DNA from: Negaprion brevirostris
Lineage: Eukaryota
NCBI GenBank assembly: GCA_030324005.1
Contig: JARDVH010000031.1
Span: 10,056,710-10,120,709, forward strand
Direction of reading: 5' to 3'
DNA: 64,000 nt
In this document: positions 25,713 to 37,762 of the stretch, one piece after another
How the letters are laid out: every line of letters begins with the position of its first letter
Numbering within the stretch: the first letter of the stretch is position 1
Notes under the pieces: model-generated
What the model was told of the DNA's origin: nothing
What the model saw: only the letters and a program-made list of their open reading frames with translations
The model's database searches: none
Position numbers and translations under genes: made by a program

Positions 25713-26951
25713 GGGCCCGATTTTATCATTGCGATGCGCCCTTGTGATAAAGTCGGGCATGAGGCCATTAACGCGATCCACACAGATGCCCACTTTACCA
25801 AGGCCGGAAAATTGTCGCGATCTGATTCGTGCCCAAAACAGTCGCAACGGCAATTTAAATGCAGTTCTTACATTTAAATTGAATTAATGAACTGCCCGCC
25901 CAACTTAAACTGTATTTCCCCTTTAACATCACTTTCGCATGTCCAGATTCGGCGTGAAACAGACATGCTTTGCAAAGGTCTGTTTCGGGCACTCCAGCTG
26001 CTGAAGAGGTAAGTTCAGAGCTACCAAAGGCTCTCTGACTCAGATCAGTGATGGAGGGGAGAGGGAGGCGGACTAGATCATTGCCTGGGGGGAGGGGCAA
26101 TCATTCTCTGGGGGAGGAGGCTTAATTATATCCCATCACATTTCTAATTCTGATCACTCCTGTAATAAATGCTACTTTGATTATATTTCACTTGCCATGA
26201 ATGTTGTTTTTTTCCCCCACACCAGCAAGTTCTGAAGAAGTAAAAATTGTCTTACTACATTATCTTCTAAACTTGGAAATGCAGCTCTTAAAATTTACTA
26301 CAAGTTGGCTGTTGCTAAACACAACTGCAAAGGTTGTTGAATCAAGCAACGATTATTATATATGCACCTATATGTTTCATTACACAACTTTAATAAAGGC
26401 CTGGATATATACCTCAGTGAATTTTGCAAGTACAGGCAGCAGAGAGAAGGGGTTCCACAGTTATAATAGTGCATGTGCACTTAATTAGTGAAATAGTCAA
26501 AGTGCTTGGCTATGAGTATGTGAAATATACTGGGAGAGAAGCTAGATGGATCTNNNNNNNNNNNNNNNNNNNNNNNNNNNNNNNNNNNNNNNNNNNNNNN
26601 NNNNNNNNNNNNNNNNNNNNNNNNNNNNNNNNNNGCCTCGGTCGCAGGGGGCGTGGGTGGATAAATGGTAAAGTTATGTTGTAGGGGTTGGGGTGTTGGC
26701 TGTAGGGACCATCAATCCCAGGCCGCTTTATCCGCGTTTTGCGGCCCGGGAGCAATGTGACAGCCGCGCGATTTTCAAATGTTTTTCCTCACTGCGCATG
26801 CGCAGTTCAGAGCTTCGCCCGCAGTACAATTCAGACCCCCGATTTTTTATCAGGCTAAGTGTGTATCGGGGTGCTTGAAAGCAAATTTCCAAGCCGGATC
26901 TGAATCGCGCCCAGATTCAGCACTTAGAATGAAAATGGTAAAATCGGGCCC
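25713..26951. mobile_element. Non-autonomous Harbinger-like DNA transposon with 18-bp TIRs and AAT TSD (spans a gap)
   Basis: GGGCCCGATTTTATCATT (25713-25730) pairs with AATGGTAAAATCGGGCCC (26934-26951), one mismatch. AAT flanks both ends. CpG-rich subterminal regions. Confidence 0.75.
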
Positions 26952-26964
26952 AATGTATATCTTT

Positions 26965-27230
26965 TTATTATTCACTTATGGGTTGTGGGTGTCACTGGCT
27001 AGACCCGAATTTACTGCCCATCACTCATTGCCCTTGAGAAGATGATGGTGAGCTGCCCTCTTGACCTGCTGCAGTCCCTGAGGTATAGTTAAACCTACAG
27101 TGCTCTTAGGGAAGGAGTTCCAGGATTTTGACCCAGCGACAGTGAAGGAACAGCAGTATATTTCCAAGTCAGGATGGTTGAGTGGCTTGGAAAGGAACCT
27201 CCAGGTGGTGCTGTTCCCAGGTATCGGTGC
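26965..27230 (-). mobile_element. LINE 3' tail (same family as 19860-20560)
   Basis: gagttccaggattttgacccagcgacagtgaaggaa also occurs at ~28058. Confidence 0.75.
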
Positions 27231-27330
27231 NNNNNNNNNNNNNNNNNNNNNNNNNNNNNNNNNNNNNNNNNNNNNNNNNNNNNNNNNNNNNNNNNNNNNN
27301 NNNNNNNNNNNNNNNNNNNNNNNNNNNNNN

Positions 27331-27458
27331 GGATGTGTAGGTTAGAGGGATTAGTGGGTATAATGTGTAGGGATATGGGGGTGGAGCCTGGGTGGGATTG
27401 TGTTTGGTGCAGACTCGATGGGCCGAAGGGCCTCTTTCTGCACTGTAGGATTCTATGA
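27331..27458 (+). mobile_element. HE1-like SINE 3' end
   Basis: ggtgcagactcgatgggccgaagggcctctttctgcactgtaggattctatg. Confidence 0.75.
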
Positions 27459-27934
27459 AAAGTTTCTAGAATATTAATTGCTGAAGTTAAATGTGACATT
27501 CTGTAGCTCTTATGGTGAAAGAAAATGCAAGAAAGTAAATTAATTGTAGCTCGTTAGCTTGGTTCGAAGAATCTGTCAGTACGTTATGTGAATGAATAAT
27601 ATTTTTGTAGACGGAAATATTAATGAGATGAAGTTTCGTGCCAAGTTGATGGTGAAACCTTAATTGCAATATGTATATATGTTGAATTCCACAAAATGGA
27701 TGCTTTTTAATGAACCACGATCTTTTAAAATGATTGTTGAAAATGTGGTAAATTTTCTGCATGGCCTGAATGTTGGCAGTTCACGAGGAAGAGGATTTTG
27801 TTCTCTTTTGAATCTTAATCAGGCAACAAGATCCAACTGTTACCAGCTTCGTGAAAGAAAACTGAATGTTAAATGTAATGTCACTTTTATCCTCCCACTC
27901 CTGTTTTGCTTTGTCATTTATTTCGCAATTTTTT

Positions 27935-28655
27935 AAAAAATTCATTCAAGGGGTGTGGGCATCATTAGCTCAGCTAATATTTATTACCCATCTCTAACGG
28001 CCCTTGAGACAACAGTGGTGAGCTACCTTCTTGAACTGCTGCAGTCCATATATGATGGAGTTCCAGGATTTTGACCCAATGACAGTGAAGGAATGGCAAT
28101 ATATTTCAAAGTCAAGATGGCAAGTGGCTTGGAAAGGAACCTCCAGGTGGTGCTGTTCCCAGGTATCGGTGCTCTTGTCCTTCGAGATGGTTGTGCTCAT
28201 GGATTTGGAAAGTACTGCCTAAGGAACCTTGGTTCCTGCAGTGCATCTTGTAAATGGTACTCTCGATTGCCACTGTTCTTCAGTAGTGGAGGGAATAAAT
28301 GTTTTTGGAAGGCGTAGCAATCAAGTAGCCTGTTTTCTGCTGAATGGTGTCAGGCTTCTTGAGTGTCGTTGGATCTGCACTCATCTAGGCAAATGGAGAG
28401 TATTCCATTGCACTCCTGACTTACGTCTTGCAGAGATGGACAGGCTTTTGGAAGTCAGGGGGTGAGTTACTCGCTGCCAGATTCCTAGCCTTTGACCAGC
28501 TTTGATAGCCACAGTTCATCCAGTTCAGTTTCTGGTCAATGGTAACCTCTAGGATGTTGATAGTGGAGGACTTAGCAATGGTAATCCACTGAATGTCAAC
28601 GTAAGACGGTTAGATCTTTTTTTGTTGGAGATGATCATTGCCTGGCACTTGTGTT
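27935..28655 (-). mobile_element. LINE 3' end (same family as 19860-20560)
   Basis: Reverse-complement similarity, e.g. gagtattccattgcactcctgacttacgtcttg and ccagttcagtttctggtcaatggtaacc. Confidence 0.78.
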
Positions 28656-29939
28656 GCAAGGCACAAACACCCAAAGACAAAGGTTAATCAACCATGGTTA
28701 ATGTAAAAAGTTAAAGATTGCATTAAACGAAGTGGCTTATAAGGATGCCAGAAAAAATGGTAAGCCTGAAAATTGGGCACAATTAGAATTCAGAAAAGGA
28801 GGATCAAGAAACTGATTGAGAGTGGGAAAGAGAATATAAATGCAAACTACAGAGGAACATAAAGTCAGACTGCAAGATCTTCTTTAGGTACGTAAAAATG
28901 AAAAGATTAACAAGTCACATGTGGGCCCAAGTGGAGCAGGATAATTTATCGTGGAAAACAGGGAAAAGATGGAGAAACTGAACAGTTACTTTGCACCAGT
29001 CTTCATGGAAGATGCAGGAAATGTAGAAATACTGGGCAAACAGATACTGGGTTGATTCTTAAATGCCCCCATAAGCGGCAACTAGCCAGCAATGCCTACA
29101 TCCTATGAAGTAATTTTAAAAAGTAAATAAATGGATCATTCTCAGGATGACAGGCTGTTACCAGTGGCATATCACAAGGATCAATACTTGGTCCACAGTT
29201 GTTTGCAATCGATATCAACAGTTTGGATGAGGGGACCAAATGTAATATTTCTAAATTTGCTGATGATACCAAACTTGCTGGAAACATAAGATGTGAAGAG
29301 GTTGCTGGAGGCTTCAAGAGGACTAGGACAGGCTAAGTAAATGGGCTAGACCATGGCAGATGGAATATAAGTGAATAAGTCTGAAGCTATTCACTTTGTC
29401 AGAAAAAACATTTCTTAACTGGTGAGAGATTGGGAAATGCAGTGTCCAAAGGAATCTGGGTGCCCTTGTTCATGAGTCGCTAAAAGCTAGCATACAGGTG
29501 CGGGAATCAATTAGGAGAGCAAATGGTATATTAGCCTTCTTCATGGGAGTAAAGACGTCTCTCTGCAGTTTTATAGAGCCTTTGTATACAGTACTCCAGG
29601 TGAGATCATACCATTTTGGTGTCCTTATCTAAGGAAGGATATACTTGCCAACGGATGTGGTGAAATTGAGGACAAGTCTCTGCATTCCCCCAAATTTTGA
29701 AGAATGAGGGGTGACTTCATTGAAACTTACTTATTTCTTACAGGGTGTGACAGAGTGAATTTAGGTGTTTACTCTAGCTAATGAGTCTAAAAGCAAGTGA
29801 CATAATCTCAGGTTAAGGGATAAAATATTTAAGGCTGAAATGAGGAGCGATTTCTTCATTCAGAGGGTTATAAATTTTTGGAATTTTCTATTCCAAAGGG
29901 CTGTGGAAGCTTAATCAATGAGCATGTTCAAGACTAAAT

Positions 29940-31362
29940 TTGAGTCCAACAATATGGTTTTGTACAGGGAAGGTCATGTCTCACCAACTTATTGAGTTTT
30001 TTGAAGGGGTAACAAAGACAATTGATGAGGGAAGGGGTGTGGATGTCGTTTATATGGACTTTAGTAAGGCATTTGAAAAGGTCCCATATGGCAGACAGGC
30101 ACAAATACCAAAACCACATGGGATTCAGAGTGAGATGGCTAGATAGATACAGAACTGGCTTGGTTATAGAAATGATGTGAAGATGCCAGTGTTGGACTCT
30201 CACCCACCTCACAAAGGAACAGCATGTTCCGAAAGCTTGTGGCGTTTGCTACAAGTAAACCTGTTGGACTTTAAGCTGGTGTTGTGAGACTTCTTTCTGT
30301 TTTTGGTTATAGAAAACAGAGAGTAGTGGAAGCGTGTTTTTCAGAATGGAGAGCTATAGCTAGTGGTGTTCTGCAGGGATCAGTGCTGGAACCTGTGTTG
30401 TTTGTAGTATACATAAATGATCTGGAGGAAAATATGGGTGGTCTGATTAGTAAGTTTGCTGATGACATGAAGATTGGTGGAGTTGCTAACAGTGCCAAGG
30501 ACTGTCAGAGGATACAGCAGAATATAGAGAGATTAGAGACTTGAGCACAATCATGGCAGATGGAGCTTAATCCAGACAAATGTGAGGTTATGCATTTTGG
30601 AGGATCAAATTTAGGTGTGAATTGTGATGTAAATGGCAGAACCCATTGGAACATTAACATACAGAGGCATGCAGGTCCACAATTCCCTAAAAGTGGCAAC
30701 AGTTGGCCAAGGTGATTAAGAAGGCATGCTTGCCTTCATCAGAGGGAGCACTGAGTACAAGAATTGTGAAATCATATTGCAGCTATATGAAACCTTGGTC
30801 AAGCCGTATTTGGAGTACTGCGTGCAGTTCTGGTCACCACACAACCAGAAGGACATGGAAGCTTTGGAGAGAGTGCAAAAAAGGTTCACCAGGATGTTGC
30901 CTGATCTCGAGGACGTTGGCAATGAGAAGAGGTTGAATAAATCAGGATCTTATTTTCATTGGAAAGACGGAGGCTGAGGGGAGACCTGATAGAGGGCTAC
31001 TAAATTATGAGAGGCATAGACAGGATGGATAGTTAGAAGCTTTTTCCAAGGGTGTAAGTATCAATTACAAGGAGACACAGGTTCAAGGTGAGAGAGGAAA
31101 AGTTTAAGGGAAATGTGCAGGGGACATTTTTCATGCAGAGACTGGTGGGTGCCTGGAATGCGCTGCCAGAGGAGTGGTGGAAGCAGGCATATTAGCAACA
31201 TTTAAGAGGCATCTGGATGGGTACATGAATAGGTAGGGAAGAGAGGGAAAGGAACGGAGTAAGGGCAAAAGGATTTCTTTTAATTTAGTTAGGGCATCAT
31301 GATCGGCACAGGCTTTGTGGGCCGAAGGACCTGTTCCTATGCTGTACTTTTCTTTGTTCATT
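29940..31362 (+). mobile_element. Younger CR1/HER1-like LINE, RT to 3' tail
   Basis: VDVVYMDFSKAF, QGSVLEP..YINDL..KFADD, LEYCVQFWSP; tail gggccgaaggacctgttcctatgctgtac. Confidence 0.92.
30173..30302. mobile_element. 130-bp Penelope-like terminal insert with 13-bp TSD
   Basis: TTGGTTATAGAAA at 30160-30172 and 30303-30315; the insert matches 34950-35090 with one end inverted. Confidence 0.8.
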
Positions 31363-32267
31363 GTTCTTTCATATCAAAGGATATGGAGATTGTGCTGGAA
31401 AGTGGAAATGAGAGATGATTAGCCATGATCGAATTGAATGGTAGAACAGGCTTGACAGGCTAAATGGTCTATTCCTGTTCCTATGTTCCCACTACCTGCG
31501 TCTGAGGATTACCTCTCATTTGAACATCAACTATTCGTTAAGCAGGTTTGAACTTGGGGAAAAAAATTAGAAAAGGAAATACGATATTATTGAAAAGTAT
31601 GGGCCAAGGCACAAAGCAACTGGGAGGCATTTAAGGGATAGGTGTCAGTAATATGGGATGAGGAGGGACACAGAGAGTGCTGAATTCACTGAGCTTTTTG
31701 GGATTTATTCAGATAATAGTCAGCCTACATTGAATACTGAAAAGGGCTGGGTTGACAATGCAATATAGGAGTTATTTTCCACCTTACCCACAACTGAAGA
31801 GTGTGGGGAGTCTAACAAACAGATATGTACTACTATCTTCCACAAATGATGTAATGGAGCAACTGAAGTCTGTCATTTAGCAGGTGAAACACCAGTGGCA
31901 TCTACAGTGGAGATCACAGATATGCAATGATACTGGTGTCATAAAAATGTCATGAATGCTCCCACAGGTTTAAGATCCAAACTTCATGATACACCCAAAG
32001 TTTCCTTCAACATGTTTAGACTAAAAATTGAAGGCTACCATGATGGACGGATTCTGGGATTCAACAGGGATCCACATTTTTACATCCAGTTATATCAATA
32101 GGCATGATGGTGAACTGCCCGCGAATTGTGCCAAGCATACCACTTACAACTGCTATAATGATACTCAAATAGTTATTTGTCAAACACTTTAATGCCAGGT
32201 ATAAACTGGAATAAGATCCTCATTCCAATTCCAGCCTACCTTTTCCACTCCTATGCTGCCTCCTTTA

Positions 32268-32360
32268 CGATGGCACAGTGGTTAGCACTGCTGCCTCACA
32301 GCATCAGGGACCCAGGTTCGATTCCTAGCTTGGGTCACTGTCTGTATGGAGTTTGCACGA
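32268..32360 (+). mobile_element. HE1-like SINE 5' tRNA-derived head
   Basis: tggcacagtggttagcactgctgcctcacagc...ggttcgattcc (A and B boxes). Confidence 0.8.
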
Positions 32361-34079
32361 CGTGAATGTCTGGAGAATTCCGCCCAACATTACCATTTCA
32401 GACTTCAACTCTCTCCTGTACTTCCCTACAAATTTCTCCCATATTCATTCCACTTTGTTCCCTTTCTATTTGAAACTATTTTGCTCACTTTGTGTTTTTC
32501 TCATGCTTTTCAGGAATTGTATATCATTCACCAGTTTCCATTTCTTTCCAGTTTTGTTTTAAATGCTATCTTCAGAGTATGAAAGCTTATTTTTAATCCA
32601 AGTTGACAAATTTAATCAGTGATCTTGACCTGCTGCCTTATCCTCCCTTCTTCATTTTTGTCTGTCCTATAAAGGGACTCCCCTGCCTTCCTTTTTCAGT
32701 CTGATGAAAGATCTCTACTTGGCACATGGACTTTGCTGAAAACTAATGCTACTGTAATGACCATATATGACATACATCATCATCATGATTCAAAAGTTCC
32801 AACGGATGATAATGTGTGTGACTTACGCTATCATATAGGCCAAGGCATTATTCTGCAGACTTTGTGCATTACTCACAGACCTTCACTTAAAATGTTGAAC
32901 AGCTAATTATCTTCCCTATCCTTACCCCATTGAAATTGACAAGTAGACTGTTTCCCGAGTTAACACCATTGTGATCCCCTCAGCCACACAACTGTTACAC
33001 AATGACAGTGAAATTTTCAATCTTGGTGCAATCATAGAAACTGTAATTGATTTAAATTCAATGGTTAAGTCAGTTTTTTTTTAATTCACTGTAGTGATTC
33101 TGACAGTGTCCAGGTTGCATGTGGAAGTGTAAAGCCACATATAATCTGTTGGGAGCAAGCTGCTGGTTTCTATTCTGAAACTATCATCCAAATATAACAT
33201 TTTACAATTGGGATTGATAAGTACAAAAGAATAATTTAGGTTGGCAAGAAAGTAAAAAGAAAATTCAAAAGGTACAATCAATAATGGGATTTAAATGTAC
33301 TTTTTAAAAAAACCTTATTTAATGTGAGTGATTCATTCTATTTTATAATTCCAAAGATATTTATACAGCATTTCATAAAATCACAGAAAGAATTGTGCAA
33401 ATACACTTTCACATAAATAATCCAAATCTTTATATGCCAGTTGTGTACTTGTGCACATTCAAAAGATTGGTGCTCAAGTACTTGAATATCTACTTTACAG
33501 TAACATTGAAAAACAGCTTTAGTGAAAGGATGTATGTGTAATAGATAAAATCAAGCACAAAATGTTCAGTTTGACAAAGGAAATAAACCTTTTGTTGGTA
33601 TTTTCTGATCGATTATCTAATTGTTTTTATTGGATGTGGCAAACAAGTTGTTAAAACTCACTAGTGATCCCTAGCAAAAGAAATCAAAAAAATTTATAGC
33701 ATTGTACATATTTCCACTGACTGATCAAACACATGTCAAAGATTTTGGGCAGATTAGGCCTATATGAAGCAAGTCTTTGGCATTTTCAAACTTTTGACAT
33801 TTTACAAGAATGAGTGTACCCCTGATCCAGGATTTGATGGCCTAATAACATTTTGATGCCATGTAGAATGCTGCCAACAATTATGGAAAATCACTAATGT
33901 AAATATTACAAACCATGTATTTAATACAAACTAGGAAAGTTTCTAGCCTACTATTTTATACAGAGGAATTAATGCACATATCACTAGAATGCCAAAATAT
34001 AACAGAAAATTTCATACTGCATGTGCTTTTGATCAGAATCTCTCAGCATTTATTTACAAACTGGCACCTTGTCATATGT

Positions 34080-35090
34080 CTGACAACACCAGGTTTTAGT
34101 CCAACCGATTTATTTGATAATAAACCCACAAGCTTTCAAAGGGTCACCCTCTTCGTCAGGTGAATGGAGAGTTCTGGCCTCAGACAGAGCATATAAAGCA
34201 CAGTTTAGAGATTACTGNNNNNNNNNNNNNNNNNNNNNNNNNNNNNNNNNNNNNNNNNNNNNNNNNNNNNNNNNNNNNNNNNNNNNNNNNNNNNNNNNNN
34301 NNNNNNNNNNNNNNNNNNNNNNNNNNNNNNNNNNNNNNNNNNNNNNNNNNNNNNNNNNNNNNNNNNNNNNNNNNNNNNNNNNNNNNNNNNNNNNNNNNNN
34401 NNNNNNNNNNNNNNNNNNNNNNNNNNNNNNNNNNNNNNNNNNNNNNNNNNNNNNNNNNNNNNNNNNNNNNNNNNNNNNNNNNNNNNNNNNNNNNNNNNNN
34501 NNNNNNNNNNNNNNNNNNNNNNNNNNNNNNNNNNNNNNNNNNNNNNNNNNNNNNNNNNNNNNNNNNNNNNNNNNNNNNNNNNNNNNNNNNNNNNNNNNNN
34601 NNNNNNNNNNNNNNNNNNNNNNNNNNNNNNNNNNNNNNNNNNNNNNNNNNNNNNNNNNNNNNNNNNNNNNNNNNNNNNNNNNNNNNNNNNNNNNNNNNNN
34701 NNNNNNNNNNNNNNNNNNNNNNNNNNNNNNNNNNNNNNNNNNNNNNNNNNNNNNNNNNNNNNNNNNNNNNNNNNNNNNNNNNNNNNNNNNNNNNNNNNNN
34801 NNNNNNNNNNNNNNNNNNNNNNNNNNNNNNNNNNNNNNNNNNNNNNNNNNNNNNNNNAGACTTGAATAGCAGATGAGCTGTAAAGATTGCATTCTAATCA
34901 GTATTCTGTAAACTGTGTGTGCCTTTATATGCCCTGTTTGGGATCAGAACTCTCCACACACCTGACGAAGGAACAGCGTTCTGAAAGTTAGTGGCATTTA
35001 CTACCAAATAAACCTGTTGAACTTTAACCTGGTGTTGTGAGACTTCTTACTGTGTTTACCCCAGTCCAATGCCGGCATCTCCACATCATC
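34080..35090. mobile_element. Penelope-like termini in inverted orientation around a 641-N gap
   Basis: 34083-34210 is the reverse complement of 34905-35040 (acaacaccagg / cctggtgttgt; cttcgtcaggtg / cacctgacgaag). Confidence 0.7.
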
Positions 35091-35614
35091 AGCGATCAGA
35101 GGCCAGCGATCAGGAGGCAGGCAATGGGGAGGGGCGGGGACGGGCACTGTGCACTCACTGATCTCTACTATGACAGTTCGGCACATGTGCAGTGGCCTGC
35201 ACAGCACTATGGTGCCGACCTCTTGGGCAGGATGAGGCCCTGCTCCCTACTTATCAGAGTGAATCACATGAAGGCACTCTGCAATGCTCAGAGTATCAGA
35301 GATTTACTCTGGTCAAGGGGCGGGAAATACTCCTATTTTCCTGAACATTGGCCACAGAGTTTTACAGCAGAAAAAGAGACCCTTCTGTCCATCGTATCTG
35401 CGCTGGCTTTCAAGCACCTATCTATTTTATATCCCATTTTCCAGCACGTGGTCCCTAACCTTGTATTTCTCAGACCTCTGGTTTGTCTGAAAAATTCAAT
35501 CAAATTCACTCCAGAATTTTCAACGTTTGGGAGATAATTCTTTCCCCCCTGAATACCAGGTCTAGCCATTCTGGAAACCAGATTATAACTCAATTGTCCC
35601 ATGATGAACAAAAT

Positions 35615-35770
35615 GCCATAATGGTAATGTCACTGAGCTATTAACTCAGAGATCTAGACTAATGTTCTGGGTCACAAGTTCAAATCCCAACACTGCATTT
35701 GAAGGAATTTGAATTCAATTAATAAAAAAAAATCTGGAATTCAAATTAACCTCAGTAATGGTGACCTAAT
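35615..35770 (+). mobile_element. DeuSINE/SacSINE-like 5' fragment
   Basis: ggtaatgtcactg...caagttcaaatccc...aatttgaattcaattaataaa...tctggaat, also seen at 48215-48340. Confidence 0.55.
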
Positions 35771-36022
35771 GCACTTTGTGTCAGTATCAAGTTTGCACTG
35801 TGAGCAAATTGCTCAGGCCCTATTTTCTCAGTTGCCACAAGAAATCTGTTTTCAATGTAATGGCACCTAACCTCCTACCCCTTGCATATTTCCGATTTGT
35901 AATCGATAAGTTTGCTATGTTTGAATCTGCAGCTGCACGCAAGAATTTCCTTACACATCTTAGTGGGCTCCATCCTACGCTCAAATTAATTCTTGAAATG
36001 GAGCAGTCAAATATGCTCCTTT

Positions 36023-36257
36023 TGTAATAAGTCTGTGGAGGCAGAAGTCCCTTCACCAAAATCCCTTTATTTACAACTCTAATAGCAGTACACAAAATGC
36101 TACCAATTAACAGTCCACCTCTGGAGATGTCAGAGGACCTAACACTCCCAGTTAAGTACAAGACAAAGACTCCCTGATTGGCCCATCAATTGGATCCTTA
36201 ATCAGGAAGTTCATACTCCAAAAGGCCAACCTCAATGGCTTGACTGAAGTTATTACA
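36023..36257 (-). mobile_element. Solo LTR (235 bp) with TG...CA ends and 5-bp TSD
   Basis: Starts TGTAATAA and ends TTATTACA (perfect 8-bp inverted termini). CCTTT at 36018-36022 and 36258-36262. AATAAA on the minus strand at ~36066-36071. Confidence 0.82.
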
Positions 36258-36871
36258 CCTTTCTTTGACATCCTAGTTGAGAAATATGCCAATGGGTTTT
36301 CTACAAATGGAAGCCTACCTTCAATGGTCTACATATAAGCATTGGGATTCCTACAGTTCCATGCACTGTATAATTATCCTTATCAGCACCTCAAAAATAG
36401 GACCCGAGCCATTTGCTCATTGTGCAAGCTTGGTGCTGAAATAGGGGGTATCAAAGCCATCTTTTGCGATAATTGCTACCCTGATCGATTCATTGCTCAA
36501 TGTAATGTGATTATTCATAAATAGGCCTAAAGCCATCACTTTCAGTCTGAAAACTGCCCAGACTACCTCAAATTACCCTTGTCTCAAAAATGTGAACAAC
36601 AGGTCAAGCTAGCCATTTCATACCACTGCTGTGCAGTAGGAACATGAAGGGTATTCTCCACTAACTGAATGTTGTCATCAAGCCAAAAAGACATTCAGCC
36701 TCGCACACGAATGAGTAATGCAGTGTATGAATTTCAGTGCTAGTGTGATGTTAGTATGTAGGCCATATGTCCCAACGACCGGCAGATCATGTCAAACAGC
36801 ACGTTTGTTTTGCTGTTTGCCACAAAGTACTGACTATACCCAACCAACTTGTGCTTGCAAAACTCAAAACC

Positions 36872-37040
36872 CAGGGTGGGATTTACCGCACAACCTGCTG
36901 TATGTTTCTTCTGGTTCTGCCATTGTCAATGGGGTTTCCGGTTGAATGCACCCCTCACTGCTGGGAAACCAGCAGCAGGGGCACACCATTGGTGGCTGCA
37001 ATAGATCCTGCCAGCATAAATGCCCAAAAGGTTCTGGCCG
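36872..37040. mobile_element. MITE inserted in the Penelope-like element
   Basis: gggtgggatttacc start; core ctgccattgtcaatggggtttccggttgaatg resembles the 4259-4430 element. Confidence 0.6.
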
Positions 37041-37639
37041 TGGTGTCCAACATTAGATGCAATTCTGTGATTGGACAGCACTCACTAAACAATCCTGACT
37101 GTGTTAAGAATTACATTGACTGCTATTTTAGCATTACCAGTAGGGCTTGCAGTGTCGTTCACCTATAACTAGAAGCTATATATATTGACACACACAGCCC
37201 TGTCCTTTGCAGACAGAAGGGACATGTCCATGCATTGCACATTTTCCAACGAGATAAAAGCTTGGGGGACAACCATTTCTTTGGTTATACCCCATGGGAT
37301 ATTATATATTACATTATAATGGCATTATACCTTGACCAATCAGGGTCAACCTGCTTCATTTGAATTTAAAGAAAAGCTTGGCAGTTAACTGTTTCCTGGT
37401 GCTGTCTTCATAGCAATGCTTCTGTTAATCACAGTCCATTTCCCAACCAATCAATACTCTCTAGTAATGCAGTATAATTACCTTTACAACTGGTATTCTC
37501 ATGGATCTGTCCTAATGAATCTGCGCTCAAAATCAGATAATCATGCCCAAGGTCAATGGACCTGTGCATCCCCACGCCCTCCACTTGCTACGATTCCTGT
37601 GGGGAGGGTAATATTCCCCACAAAAAAATTTGACATAAT

Positions 37640-37762
37640 GGGTGGGATTTTACGGCCTCGCTCATCCTGAAACTGTTAAATCCCACCTAAGGTCGATGGA
37701 CCGTCCCATGGTCTGCTCCGCGCCCACTCTGACTTCTGTGGCGAGTGGAGTGGTAAAATTAC
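37640..37762. mobile_element. Short palindromic MITE
   Basis: gggattttacggcctcgc ... gcgagtggagtggtaaaatt inverted termini; a related partial copy lies at ~37540-37620. Confidence 0.6.

Larger units (their letters stand above)
28680..31490 (+). mobile_element. Older CR1 LINE (28680-~29935, tail resumes ~31370-31490) interrupted by a younger CR1
   Basis: QGSILGP and KFADDTKL motifs at ~29195-29277; the 3' tail resumes after 31370. Confidence 0.8.
35880..37520 (+). mobile_element. Decayed Penelope-like retroelement (RT C-terminus, GIY-YIG region, 3' end)
   Basis: FAMFESAAARKNFLTHLSGLHPTLKL.LEMEQ is followed after an insert by FFDILV. A VYEFQC..YVG-like motif lies at ~36722-36765 and SVIGQHSLNNPDC at ~37063. 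Confidence 0.75.

Noticed and set aside
34114-34892. Long ORFs of 226-251 aa (likewise 20825-21491 and other X-rich ORFs)
   Set aside because: They are open only because they run through N-gaps.
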